DNA of 64,000 nt, from assembly GCA_004022145.1 (NCBI GenBank), contig RCNU01000009.1; one strand, given 5' to 3'. The position numbers and the translations under genes were made by a program. The notes under the pieces were generated by a model. The model was given only the letters and a program-made list of their open reading frames with translations, searched no databases and was not told the DNA's origin. Positions 1-12,783 of the stretch are shown here, one piece after another; the stretch's first letter is position 1, and each line of letters opens with the position of its first letter. The stretch comes from Paecilomyces variotii (lineage: Eukaryota).

Positions 1-129
1 GGGGCTGCTAGCTCGATTCCCGGTGTGAACTCGTTGATTGGGAAGATCGGCGCAAAGAGACGACGGGATGGCATTATTCTGGGTGCTTTTATTGGCTTTT
101 GTTTCCTAATGCTGCTCTTTTTCCGATGA
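1..129 (+). CDS. GOS1: Golgi SNARE Gos1, 3' end (partial)
   Basis: Frame 1 reads GAASSIPGVNSLIGKIGAKRRRDGIILGAFIGFCFLMLLFFR*: the IPGVNSLI..I..KRRRD motif plus a C-terminal tail anchor typical of Gos1/GOSR1. Stop TGA at 127-129. Confidence 0.85.
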   Translation, partial: GAASSIPGVNSLIGKIGAKRRRDGIILGAFIGFCFLMLLFFR

Positions 130-303
130 AGCGGATCTGATCCTTAACATACCCTCTTTCCCTGACATCAGCAACGGCGTTCCTTGGGTATCATCTTTCC
201 GTTTTTCTTTCATGTCCTGCGGATCAATTATGGTACGGTCTGGCGTTGGTTGGTTCTATCGATCATCATAAATGTACATATAATATACAGATTTGTTTGC
301 CCA

Positions 304-1490
304 TCAGGCTCTCGACACTACCCGTGGTCTGAGGCTTGCCGGGCTTTTCTGTTTGGTGCTTTCCCACTCTGCAGCTGGCGTGGCCGACTCAATGGATTTC
401 TTTTTCTCTGCAATCAACCTCAACAGACCATTGTTCAGAGAATCCAGCTCCTCCTCCTCAGCGGGTCCACTGCCAGCCCAGCGGATCCTGCAGTTCTCGT
501 CTAGAAGGTAGACGTATCCGACCTTGCTGTTCATCATGCCGATAGCCTCCTTCAGACCGTCGTCGAGACCCTTCCGCACAAGGAAATACTTGTCATGCTG
601 CTCCTTCGGCAGTTTCCTCCTCATGCTCCACATAAACATCCGAACTATCCAAGCCTTAAGCGCATTTTCTTCCAAATTAATATCGACCTTCTGCGCGAAC
701 CGGTTCTCACTCGCTAGAATCTCGTACAACCCCGGGTTCTGCTTCGGACCCGTAAATGTAGCGACCTGCGTCTCTGCCCAGACACTAGAGAAGAGGCTCA
801 CGATGGAGACCTTGCCGCGAAGCAGGGTGGTCGTATTCAGTGGCTTGCTGGGCGATGCCAATGTGATACCGTACATGTTGGGGAAGTAGAGGGCGGCATC
901 GCGCTTGAATAACCGCGCAGGTGACAGGAATGACTTTCCCTCGTGATACTGCATATTTGTCCATTCGCGGAAATACGGCTTGGAGACTTGTCGAGTTCTA
1001 TTCGGGGTGAAAATGACTAGGTTAGCAATGTCTTTGGGTGAAAAGCAGATATATGACTCCATTGCGAATGTGCAGAAGGCGGTTCATACAGCTCTTTCCG
1101 TCTCTGAATATGTTTCTCATAATCGACAAAATCATCACGACGCTGTCGCAACGTGCGCGCATCGATTCCGGTATTCTGCCATTCCTGCGGAGGATATGCG
1201 AGGCCCAGAGGACGGTCGAGCGGCTTGGGGATGAATTCGGGATTTGGGTTTTCTCCCTCGATTGGTTCTGGAGAGGGTTTCTCTTCTGCGTCTTGTGTCT
1301 TCTGTTCTGGAGTCGGAGAGGGTTGTTTTTCCTCGTTGCCCGTGCTGCTTTTGCTGGCGTAGTGTCGCCGGACAGATCTTGAGATTGGAGTCGCATTGCG
1401 GAATTGGCAGCCTAGGCACCGACCGCTTTGCAGAAAGGAGGAGCTCTCGAGTAGGAAGGAGAATGATGCCGGTTTCAACATGATGGGCAT
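304..1490 (-). CDS. ATP10: Mitochondrial ATP synthase assembly factor Atp10
   Basis: Exons 1490-1090 and 997-304; intron 1089-998 (GTATGA...CTAAC...TAG) joins KEL|TRQVSKPYF in frame. Arg/Ser-rich presequence-like N-terminus; ATP10-family motifs ALYFPN and GYVYLLDENCRIRWAGSG. Confidence 0.92.
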
Positions 1491-1865
1491 GCTTGGGACT
1501 GCAGCCTGGAGGTCAATGATAATGATTAACTGCGCGGTAGAGCATTACAGTTACCATCACTTGGGCCGCATTTAAGTGACCGACCGCCGACAATAAGTCC
1601 GTACCCCAAACGGGTTAAATGAAGTGGAGGACAAGTAACGTGACTTGGCGGCATTTTCGCGGAAGTTGTCCCTCGCGTCTACTGGTAGGACGTGTTACCC
1701 CGCCTGGATGACCCAAGGGTGAAGAGAGGCATATGCGCTTCTTTGCCTCGTTTACTCGTTAAAGTTACACAAGTTGGCTCTCACTTTAGGCATCTATTCT
1801 GCCGTCCACATGGCTTGCTGTTCTTGTTCAGATGGGATAGTGCGGCGGGACAGGAAGCGGCAGAA

Positions 1866-4128
1866 ATGGCGGGGAGAGGCAGCAAAGAAAGCTTTTTCAA
1901 AGAGCTTGATGACTTGGATAATCTGAGCGGTGACTCTGATGTTGATGATTTTGAGAAGCTTATGAGAAAAGGTCTCGAGAAGAAGAGTCAGAGAACTATC
2001 AAGCCAGCGCGTGTCCCTCACACGAAGACTTTCCAGCTGGGGAGCTTACTTCGGGCAGAATCGGCTCCGGAATCTTCACTACAGCGCAAGAACTCAGACG
2101 AGATCATTATAGTCAAGGAAATGCCATGCGGAAAATCCGGCGGGGAGGCTGACACAGGAACAATGAAGAGGCTGAGGCCAGAAGGACCTTCTGGAGGTAG
2201 AAAAGAGACCGCCGCAACCAAAAAGAGACGGGTCAATTCCTTAACTATATTACCAGAATCGCAACAAATATTCAAGGGCCTCACTTTCTGTACGTGTTGA
2301 TATATGCAGCCACATGAAGTTTGGTGCTAACTGTCCAAATGTAGATTTCTTCCCGAATAACGATGTTGCTCCGGCTAGACGGTTGCGCATCCGCAAGGCG
2401 CAGGAATATGGCGCTGTCTGGGCGACGAAATGGGGTGATAGCGTCAGTCATGTAATCGTGGACAAAGGTCTTGTCTTTGAAGACGTGTTGAAATTCCTTA
2501 AATTGGACGCTTTCCCGGTACGTCCCATTCTAATGCCGTCAGGACGTCTCTTACAGTAACGCAGGCAAATATAGCGCTAGTCACCGAAGACTATCCCTCA
2601 GAATGTATCAAGTTTAGGTCGCTCCTTAATACGACTCAGTCGCGCTTCCGGGTACACTCAGCAAAGACGACTGTAGACCAGGAGGATAAACCCGCTTCTG
2701 CTGGCCAAACTTCGGATGCCTCGCTACAGTTAAAGCCGCCCAGGAAAAGGGTAGGAGCATCACCAACTCCTTCTCACAGCGAACACGCTTCAGCTCCTGC
2801 TGAGCCTGGCACTGAGGAACGGTGCGAGTTGCCTCCGTCTCGAGAGAGGGATGTTTTAGATGATGTAGTAGACGAAGTTAAAGCTGTTGAGCATCTGGTA
2901 TGTATACCTGATGTACTATGTGGTAATAATAGGGCTGATATCAACATGGCAATAGCCGTTAGATCCGCTGGAGGATGAGAATGGCTCTGTCGATCCTAGT
3001 TCCGAATCTCCCGTAACATCAGATTCCGAAACTGATGCACCGAGGAAAAAGGCGAAGCGAGCCCGGTCAGATCCTGTAGCTCCAGCCTGGCAGCAAAACT
3101 TCAGTTGTATGAAGAAGCACGATGGGAAGTCGGAGACAGCCAATCCGAACTCCCGGACCATCGAAGTCTTGCAGCAAATGCTGGATTACTACACGAGGAC
3201 TGCGGACCTCTGGCGTACGATTGCTTATCGTAAAGCCATCAGTGCTCTTCGACAACAGACAACAAAGATTGTGACCAGATCGGAAGCACTGGCGATCCCC
3301 GGGATCGGAGAGCGTCTTGCAGCCAAGATCGAAGAGATCGTCTTCACAAACCGTCTACGGCGTCTCGAGAGTGCCAACTCCACTACCGAAGACCATGTAC
3401 TCCAGCTGTTCCTTGGCGTCTACGGCGCCGGAATATCCCAAGCGTCGAGATGGATAGCGCAAGGTTACCGGTCACTGGATGATCTACGAACTAAAGCAGA
3501 CTTGACTAGAAATCAGCGGGTGGGTGTCGAACGCTACGATGACTTCCGTCAACGCATTCCCCGCTCCGAAGTGGAAGCACACGGTGCTATTGTGAGGAAG
3601 ACCATCCACGAGGTCGATCCCGATGTGCAGGTCATCATCGGTGGCTCTTACCGCCGGGGAGCTGCGGACTCGGGTGATATTGATCTGATTATCACCAAAC
3701 CCGACGCTACGATTGAGCAAATCCGGGACCTGATGCTGGATGACATTGTCCCCAAACTGTTCGATCAGGGTTTCCTACAGACCGGGTTGGCAACGACGTC
3801 CCGCGGCAACGGATCGAAGTGGCATGGCGCCTCCGCGCTGCCGGGAAGCGCGATCTGGCGTCGCATCGACCTCCTGTTTGTTCCCGGAGCGGAGATAGGT
3901 GCTGCCCTGCTGTACTTTACCGGGAACGACATCTTCAACCGTAGCATGCGACTGTTGGCAAGTAAGAAGGGCATGCGTCTGAATCAGCGCGGTCTCTACC
4001 GGGACGTGCTCCGGGGAGCCAACCGGGTGAAGCTGACCGAGGGATCTCTGGTTGAAGGTCGCGACGAGCGGCGGATCTTCGAGATCCTGGGGGTGCCCTG
4101 GCGGCCTCCGGAGCACCGCGTCTGTTGA
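1866..4128 (+). CDS. POL4: X-family DNA polymerase (Pol4/lambda-like) with N-terminal BRCT domain
   Basis: Exons approx 1866-2289, 2345-2517, 2565-2897, 2955-4128. BRCT (IFKGLTFYFFPNND...SHVIVDK), 8 kDa lyase/HhH (AYRKAI, IPGIGERLA), palm GSYRRGAADSGDID and RRIDL, and YFTG (lambda/beta type, not the GWTG of mu/TdT). Confidence 0.92.
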
Positions 4129-4367
4129 CGACTCGAGCGTCCCGAGCGGTGTGGCTTCTTGGGCGGCGGAGAGGTCTGGAGCGGATCATGACAGGGATCA
4201 ATCGCAGTGATCTTCCTGGTTAGTGGATGCCTTGGAGATAGTCTAGAGTAGATAGTCTAGTGTCAATAAATAAATAATATCGCAGATATAGAATAATAAT
4301 AATAATACCAAGGAACCTGTTGTACCACTTCTCTGTGTAGTTATAACTAGTTAGTTATAGCGCCAGC

Positions 4368-4374
4368 TGAGTCA
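4368..4374. promoter_or_regulatory. TGAGTCA (Gcn4/CpcA, AP-1-type) element upstream of the transcription factor gene
   Basis: Exact TGASTCA inside the near-palindrome GCTGAGTCAGC, about 470 bp upstream of the ATG at 4844. Motif match only. Confidence 0.3.
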
Positions 4375-4843
4375 GCCGGGCATCCACCGCCTCTTAGCGG
4401 TGAGAAAGCGGCGGGAGGAAGCGGTGACCGCCCTCGCATAAGGCGCTGTTTTGCCGCTGGTTTTGCACTTCTTCCGCCCAAATCTGCCCTGCCCGCATCC
4501 TCTTCCTCTGAGTCCATCTGGTCGCGACGGCCACTGGATCTTCACTGGCCTTTCAACCGCCTCAATCGACCTCTCCTTGCTTGTGTTTGCTGTGAACTTA
4601 TTCTCCCCTCGTGAATCCCGCCTTCTTGACGGTTACCGTCATTGACACACACCCCTTCACGTCACTCTTCCGCCTCTCTGTCCCTTCGATATCTGACCGT
4701 GCGACACCGGTGGCCTCCCAGGTCCTTTTTGTCCGGCATAAAATCACATCTCGCAGAACACTAGGGCCCACCCCAAGGGCGTTTCGACAGCTGCCACCGT
4801 CTTTCTGTGCCCTGTGTGCCCCCGTGAACAAGCAGCGGGAAAG

Positions 4844-7425
4844 ATGGGTAGGAAACCTAATCAGCTGATCTTAGAGTTCTTCATCCGCGGGCAAAAGCTG
4901 GAGGATGCCAGTAACCGCTACCAACACACCTGCAAGGCCTGCGGAGAGAAGTTCCCCAAGGGCCGCATCGATAGCCTGACAAATCACCTTGTTAAACGGT
5001 GCCAGGCCATTCCGCTGAGGGATCGCCAACGCGTCCTGTTGCGACTGCACGAGCTGCCTGATCTCGCGGACGGGGATCTCAACAAAGACTCGAGCAACGG
5101 CGGAGGAGCCAAGGGCGGTAAGGTCGATCTGCCGTACTCGACCAGGCCGAGTTTCGACGGCCTCAATGTGTTGGCGGAAGCGTCGCGACAGGTCGGCGCG
5201 TCTGACCAGACCAAGCGTGGCCCTGGCTACACCCAGGCTGTGACCGTCGGAGGGAAGACGGTGATCGTCGACCCGGCCCTTGAGGCAGAAGGCTTCCAGG
5301 GCCATGCAGGCCACTCCGAGAATGGAGATGAGAACGGGGCGAATGCGACAGGTATGCGATTGGATTACAGCTGTCGCCTTTCCACGAAACACGTCTGCTA
5401 ACATTGGACTGACAGCTACCCCTCCCACTTCGACCGCGCCCCCTCTTCCTGCGATCCAACCTCTACCATCCGTCGACCAGCCTTCGTCGACCTCTCCACA
5501 GTTGGGTGATGCGTCCCTCACGCCGGAGTCGGCCCCGAGCGCCCGTCAGTCGTCGCAGCTCTCGATGATCGCTGCGTCCGCGAATGAGATGGTGCCTCAG
5601 AACCTGACATTGGATCAGGAGAACGGTGGATTAGGCCAGGATGGGCTTCCGCGAGTTGGCTCGACTTGGCCGAATCAGCCGCTCTCTTCCTCCGAACAGC
5701 TGCTCTTTGAGAGTCTCCAGGAGCATGATCCGTCCCTGACATCCGCCGCTCAGCGCGCAGCCACGTTCCCACGGCCCATCGCAATGAACCCGAGCTCGCA
5801 TGCTAAGGGCTTCGTGAATGAATTTGGAAATTCCACTAAACCGACCAAACCCAAAGTTCGCGGACGGTTCTCGGCCACCAGGCGGCGCGAAGTGCAGGAG
5901 GTTCGAAAGCGGGGAGCTTGTATTCGCTGTCGCATGTTGAAGAAACCCGTACGTGGAGATCTTCCCAGCCCGTGTTGTTGTGACCCTTTGTATTCCCTGA
6001 CTGACCTCTGGTATAGTGCTCTGGCGATAGCCCCTGCAGTACGTGCAGTAGTGTCGAGAGTGCTCGGCTCTGGAAACAACCATGCATCCGCACCCGAATT
6101 GCCGACGAGTTCGAACTCTACAATGCTGGTGAGTCATTCTATATTCCCCTGGACCGTTTTTGCTACGTGGAACTGCAAGCTGATGTGGCCGTAGGCCTGC
6201 ATGCCACTCTAGCTTACCACGATGTCAGTAGCGTGAAGAGTCACGTGAACTTTGAACATTATGCTGGCCGTATCGAGGTCACTCACTTCGCGGACAGCTC
6301 GGTGTTCGTCACTTTCAGTGGCCTCCAGGGCCACAAGCCGTCGGTCTCAACCTTGGATCCGCAGCTCCAGGGCCTGGGCGACGATGGACAGTTCCACGGA
6401 CCGCTCCATGAGATCTATCTGCTCGACGGTGATGCGGATGACCTCCCGGGAAAGTTGGAGGCATATACCAAGAAGATGGCCCCGTTCTTCTACGAGCGTG
6501 AATCTTCAGAATTCATGCGTTCTACCTTGACCCTTGCAGCCGAATTGAGTGAGCAGAAGAAGGTAAGATCCAGGTCGTCCCGCATGTTAGATTTAGTTAT
6601 GGTCAGTGGATCCTAACTAGCTGCAGGATACGCTTCTCGAACGTGTCCTCGAACTCTGGCTAGCAACTCACATCCTCATGGACACTGAATTGCAGTGGAA
6701 GACCTTTGTCAATCCGACTCTTCCCCCCACCTCCATGCATACTCTAGCCCCATCTTCCGATGAGGGTCGCATGCCAGTTGATGAAGTCAGCAACCCCGAG
6801 TCTTACGGTCTCCTCTGTAGCCAGCTACGATCTGCGACCGAGAAGCGGGCTGCGCAACTTAGCAAGACCGTGATGAACGATCTCGAGAGAAGACTGCTCC
6901 AGCGTCAGCAAAGTGGGTGGTTTGAAACGTTCCTGGTGGCTCTAATCCTCCTCAACTGTGTGGAGCGGACCTGCTGGCTATTCCGCTCTTGGGACAACGA
7001 CAACTACGCGGCGCGTGTAAGTATTAAGTGTGACCAGGTTGTCTACATGTGACTAATTCTTGATGCAGTGGCCGCTGGACAAGCGTCCGCCCTACTATGC
7101 AAGCCAGGGCGATCGTTTCTCAGACATCCTTCATATGCTTCTGAAGATGCGCGGCTTGCCGCCAAAGACCACCCCGAGACCGGAGAACGGCATTTTGAAG
7201 GCTATTGATGGTAGTGACGAGAATGCGATCCGCTGGTTTGACACCATCAAAGTTACTCGTAAGTAGCATTGCCTCATCACACTATCTTGGAAACCCCATC
7301 TAACATCGGTAATAGCCCAATTCCTTGAGCAGCGCCAGTCTGCCGAATTCGACCCGAATGATTCTCGCTCGCTCGAACTAAAGTACGGCGCGAGGCTCCT
7401 CATGCCGGCGAACGCATACAATTAA
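4844..7425 (+). CDS. Putative transcription factor with N-terminal BED-type zinc finger and central Zn2Cys6 cluster
   Basis: About 7 exons (approx 4844-5351, 5416-5948, 6017-6128, 6195-6561, 6628-7016, 7069-7258, 7316-7425). CKAC...HLVKRC at the N-terminus; after splicing CIRCRMLKKP|CSGDSPCSTC...WKQPC; ends ...ARLLMPANAYN* (TAA 7423-7425). Confidence 0.85.
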
Positions 7426-8634
7426 TGCCGTGAATCTCATCAGTGCAGTTGAGGCAGAAACAAATCTGCGAGTTCAACACCCAGTAACGATTAGTGACGC
7501 TTGATGACGATACTTAATACTATCTTCCTTTTTACGAAGTCATCGACCTTACCGATGATTTAGATGACTTGAACAGACCCTTTTAACCGGGAGCATACCT
7601 TGGCAATGCGCAAGGTTCAAGGGCAGCGAGGACTTCATTCTTCTCTCTCTCTTTATCTTTTTTTTCCTGCTTCTCCTGTCTTCTCTCCGAACTTCTTTCA
7701 GAATTGCAATTTCTCCGAGACGCACAGGAATAGAACAAAAAGCGAACTTCCTGGGGAGGCTGTCTGTTTTCTTTTTCACTCGAAATGAGGTTTTCTGTTG
7801 CAATCTTAAGTTTGCACTTCACTTCTCGACTGTACCTCCGACAGTTCATGTAATTTTCCCATAGCCTTTTTTCCTGTCTTTTGTTCTCTGGATTACGGGG
7901 TTTTCCCCACCAGATCGATTCCCACCAACTCTACGCTTTCTCTTGCGCCTCTCGTTCCGGACATTGTCACCTTCGTTCGGACAGTTCTCTATGTTCCCAG
8001 AACTCGATTCTCGACTTCTGTCCTCAGAATCCTACCTACTCTCTGGGTTCTCACAGCCTGGTAGTAGCAGATGGGCCATCATTTCCTAACTACCCTATTA
8101 TGTATGTACAAGTGACTCAAAAAGGCGTGATACGGTAATTTCTTTCATTTTCAGGTTTTCTTTTGACCGCCTTTTTCTATCTTCTAAAGGATAAAAATAG
8201 GGATCCGACGAATGGATCGATTTCTAGTTTTCAAGCCTAGCTGCTTTGTGGTTTTTCTTCTGTCTCCTCTGGGGCTTTTCTTTCCCTTTTCCTATCATGT
8301 ACGGTAACTAAAAATCCCTAGAGGAAAGGTAATTTTTTTTCTAACATTCAGACCTCCGTATTCGCCTGTATGCGAAGTTATCTATATTGACAATTATTAC
8401 TGTAATTCCTCATCATCATATTTACTCCACATGCGACAGACAAAAGTCTCCATCACACGACATAGTAGTAATAGTCTAAGTCCCCTATTCATCAAAAAAA
8501 AGAAAGAAAGAAAGATATGACTATTTCCCAACATATTACACCTAATCTTCTCCATTAAGACACAGAACTAAAACAAGCGCTACCAAACCAAACTCAACTC
8601 TATTTCGATTTGTAAAGACGCAACGTTGCTTATT

Positions 8635-9029
8635 TTATTTTCTCTCAGGTACAGGTTCACGAATCTGCTCCACGATAGCAGCGAAGAATTTACCCTCTTC
8701 TGATATATCGTTGTATGGTGCTGCGCCGAGGAGGGCCCTGTAGTTAATTAAATATTGTTAGAGATGTAGTTTCTGATTTAGGAAAGAAATACATGGTAAT
8801 ATAAAACAACATACCACCCCTTAAACCTAACAAGACCCAAAAGGTCTGTAAGTGCTTTCAACAGACGTAAAGGCAATTCCAACATCGAAGACATCGGCGG
8901 TATAGGACCGGAAATTGGTAGGCCTGACACATTGACGAGCTTGAAGGTGGTACCATATGTGTTTGTTGGGTCTTTGGTTTTTTGGAAGATGAGGAGGCGT
9001 TTTGCGGTTGTGGGTGTGGGGGGTGTCAT
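8635..9029 (-). CDS. Small hypothetical protein (~105 aa)
   Basis: Exons 9029-8815 and 8737-8635; intron 8814-8738 (GTATGT...TAACTACAG) splits the Trp codon. Protein: MTPPTPTTAKRLLIFQ...LELPLRLLKALTDLLGLVRFKGW|ALLGAAPYNDISEEGKFFAAIVEQIREPVPERK*. Confidence 0.75.
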
Positions 9030-10023
9030 TTTTCTTTATTTCTTTATTTCTTTCTTTGTTTTTTGGGATTTTCTATGTGGGATTTTGGAAGAGGAGGAGG
9101 GCTCTAGAGTTGGATGTGGATTGGACTGGGATAAGTAGAAGATATTGTTGAATGAGCTTTTTGGACCTGCCAAACTGTTGCCTTTTTAAATCAAAAGTCA
9201 TACTCAACTATAGGGTAAAAACTCCTGCCGGAAAGAAGCAAACAAATAACCAGATATCCCTCTTCTTCCTAAAGCCACATACGTATAGGCAATCAGGAAG
9301 TGCAAGCTAACTATTCAGCGAATAACATCTGCATAGAGATGCTAGAATAACTTTGAAGCCTCTCTAGGTATATTTACTCTGAGTTTGTGTGACGCAAAGA
9401 GGTGATTGGTACTGATACATTTCTCCGCGTTGGGATTGATTGTACACTGCGCGAATGCCGTTTGTAAAAAAACAGAAGAAATCAAAGATAATGGGTCTTT
9501 ATGAATTAATAGAAGATCCAGACACCATTTGCGCCTGAGACCGCAGCGTAATCTTGAAAGTTATTACAACACAGCTCCCAGAGACTTCCCACAGAATGCG
9601 AAACCGGAAACACAGCTTTGGAACAAAAGAGAAGGAGCCAGTCGATGGCGATAAGTGTCTTGGAGAATGAAAGAGAATATAAAACTTACGTACAGCTTGA
9701 TGGGTATTCGGTAAAAATGACATAAAGAAACAGAAGAAGTGAAGTCAGAAACACTCGGGTATCGAGAATGCACCACGCCGCCGGCCTTCGAAAGCCCAGT
9801 TGTTTCGCCATAGCCTCGCAAGGAAAAAGAAAACAAATGAAAATAAAAGAAGTGAAAAGAAAAGAAATAAAATAAAATGAACCGCTGGCTCAGCTATTAA
9901 ACGGATATCGGAGAGAATCAAGGCCAAGGCCCCGCACATTATTTCGTCGCCCATAAATCCCAGTCATAGTATAAAAACAATTGTATAACCTGAAATGATC
10001 AAGTAGATGGGCTCCGAATAGGG

Positions 10024-12783
10024 TTAAGTATCTAGCTGGCCATCCAGCACACGTCTCGCCGCATCGAGACGCCTTCTCAGCAAGCGAGCAGTCTTGGGGT
10101 CCGGATCGGGCGAGTCTATGATTGTCTGCAAATCTGTGCAGACTCTTCCAAGGCTGTCAAAGAGCTGGTCTAGAAGCCGTAGGTCATCGTTGTTGAGAGA
10201 TGAGGATCCGGGTGTGGTTGCATTCGGATTCGGACTCGATGCTGCAACAAGCGAAGAAACAAATGCCGAAGTCGGGGTAGTAGACCCAGCCACATCGCGA
10301 GCGGGGGAGAAAGGAGAGGTGATATTTCGAGAATTACGGTGGGAAGAGTAGTCTCTGTTCGGGCCATCCTGAAGGTCGGGTCGAAGACGATTCGCGCGTG
10401 GAGTACCCATATTATCATCAGGATACTCAGAACCATTCGTTATTTGTCTCGAATTATATTCGTATATATTGCTAGCCGGGGAGTAGTCAGGCGGTGGAAG
10501 ACCTAGTGACGGCGGTTAGCGGACAACTCAAAACTGTGAATCACAGGCAGACACCTACCCTCGGTGGCCTTCCTGTCCCAGTAAAGGGCATTATCAATCT
10601 CGCCTTGAGAACTTTCTTCATACGCATTTGCCCCTTCAGTTGCAGTAGCAAATGTAGCCACCGTTGATATAGAATCAGCGCTATTTGTGCGCGAGTGTCT
10701 AACAGAGTGTCCAGACGGAGCCGGCCGTGTCGTTTCAATGGAAGCCTGTGAACCATTACTTCCTCGGCGCATCTTAGCTCGCGAATAGTTACCCAATGCG
10801 CTGTGGAGGAAGAAATTCTCATAATCGAAGGCATCCTCGCGCTCCTCGTGGGGCGTCGTTTCAGGAAAATCTTCATAGACTGAGGCTAGATCATCATCCA
10901 GCGGCTCGTTCAGGATCTCGTTGAGTGCGTCACGATCAATCTCGGAAGACTCATCATCGTACTCGCCCTCTTCAGCGTCTTCATAATGGCTCTCGATGAT
11001 AGACTGCTGATCCTCATAATCGGTCTGCTCGTTATAGTCAGGCTGCGAATCTTGTCCATCAACAGTCGTGCCGGACTTGTCCGAGTCATTGCGATAGTCT
11101 TCCTGTAGCTCGTACTGAGAGATACCGGAATCCCTCCAGTTTTGAACATGGCCCCCATTGAGCTCGAAGTCGTTGTTAGCCTCACGCACCTCCATCGAAT
11201 TGGTGATCCACTTGTCTGCTGACGTCAAGGGACTAGGAGTCCGCAAACTCTGGAGACTGCGCCTACGGAGGTTATCTTCCTGTGTCTTCACCTTCAAGGA
11301 CGAGATCTTGATCTTAAGACCTGTCATTTGATCCTTGAGGTCTCGCACTTGTAATTGAGACTGAGCACGCGACGGTGGATCCTCTGGAGGATAGGCAGTA
11401 TTAAAATCTTCCATAGAAGTAATTTTAGGGCCCTCCTCTTCGGTCTGTGAGATTCCGAGTCCTCTCGGAGATTCCCGGCCCACAGTCGATATCGGTGCAC
11501 TCTTGGGTTCTTCTGTAAGAGCGTTTAAAGTTGTAGGGTAAAAAGCAGTAGTCGAGGCTCTATGATTAAGCTGGCCCTGTGATCCGCCATGAGAGAAGGA
11601 ATCGTCCTCGTCCTGGTGACCAGACGTGCTGCTAGTCGCCATTGCGCTGAGAGAACGTGGGAGGGCTCTCTGCTCCTTATCCAGACGAGTAGCCTTCAGG
11701 TGTAGCGGCAGATTCGTCTCGCTCTGCACCCGCGAGTGCCAGTTACCAGTCCAATCCTGCGAAGCATCATATGTCGGTCGTGGTCTCAGGAGGGAGGCAC
11801 GGGGCTCAGTTCGGGAGATCGATCTGTATAGGCCACCTGGTTCGAGCGATCCTATGTGGAGAGGAGCTGCCAGAGGCGAGGGAGAGGGCGAAGACGTTAC
11901 GGGAGTGTTCATCCGCATTGAAGTGCGCGCTCTTGTGAGGTTTCCTTCCATCAGCTATATCAATGTTAGCACCCGCCTTGATATGGCCCCGCACGCAGTT
12001 CAAACATACCGACAATCGGCGCTTCGCGTTCTCCAAGATCCTCTCCGCCTCGTTCGTTAGAATTGCAGACGAGGCATCATCACCATTGCCTTCCTCATCT
12101 GCCTTCGACCCCGTATCAGCATGGCGTCCTCCTTCTCCATTCTCCTGCTGGATGTGGTGAATACCAGACCCATTGGTTTCGGTGCTTTGAATGTTTTGAA
12201 GGCCTGGAACCGTACGGCTCCCCTGTTGTGTCCCAGCGCTGACCGTCGAACTCGATCCACTGCTGCGCGATTCACTTCTTTCGTCTCGCGCAGTTGCGGA
12301 AGATGACCTCGAGGAACTGTTGCTCTGCGGTACCGTAAGATGATAGCCCTCCCGGCCTCTCGACGGTGGTGGTGAGTTGTCATCCTCCTCGCCAATCTCC
12401 GACAATGGCCGGCCAGGCTCATGCCCTTCATACAACCACATAGTCCGCGGAAACACTTTCTTCTCTGGTCGAGCGGGCACTGAGATGGCGACTCCGATCT
12501 GTGAATTGTCCGCCCCCGCATTCTGATTGGCGTCTCCCTGGAAGTATTGGCCACCGTAGGACGAGTGCATATTGGCGAGCGACTCAAGGGAGGGCAGGTT
12601 GAAGGGCGGAGACGGCGTCGACTGCTGACGCTCGGTGTCGTCCCAGGGCAAGATCATATCCGGGTTGGTCAGAGTCGGGGATGGCGGAACGGAAATCTGC
12701 ATCACATCCTGGTCCTGATTCTGGTCATCTCCGCCAGAGACGCGTCCAAGCGCACTCTGGTTCTGATGTGCCGTCATTAACAT
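10024..12783 (-). CDS. Hypothetical protein, Ser/Asp-rich and largely disordered, with coiled-coil segments
   Basis: Three exons (12783-12010, 11954-10559, 10502-10024) with canonical introns join three ORF-track segments in frame. Ordered islands: PPSPTLTNPDMILP, AERILENAKRRLSLMEGNL, VRDLKDQMTGLKIKISSLK, HEEREDAFDYENFFLHSALG. Confidence 0.8.

Noticed and set aside
4237-4359. GATAGTCTAG direct repeat, (AAT)n and TATAACTA/TAGTTATA inverted repeat after Pol X
   Set aside because: Short AT-rich 3'-end features with no target-site duplication or transposase, so not called a mobile element.
4844-7425. Zn2Cys6 gene as the pathway-specific regulator of the NRPS
   Set aside because: It is more than 20 kb away and separated by several housekeeping genes; no evidence of linkage.
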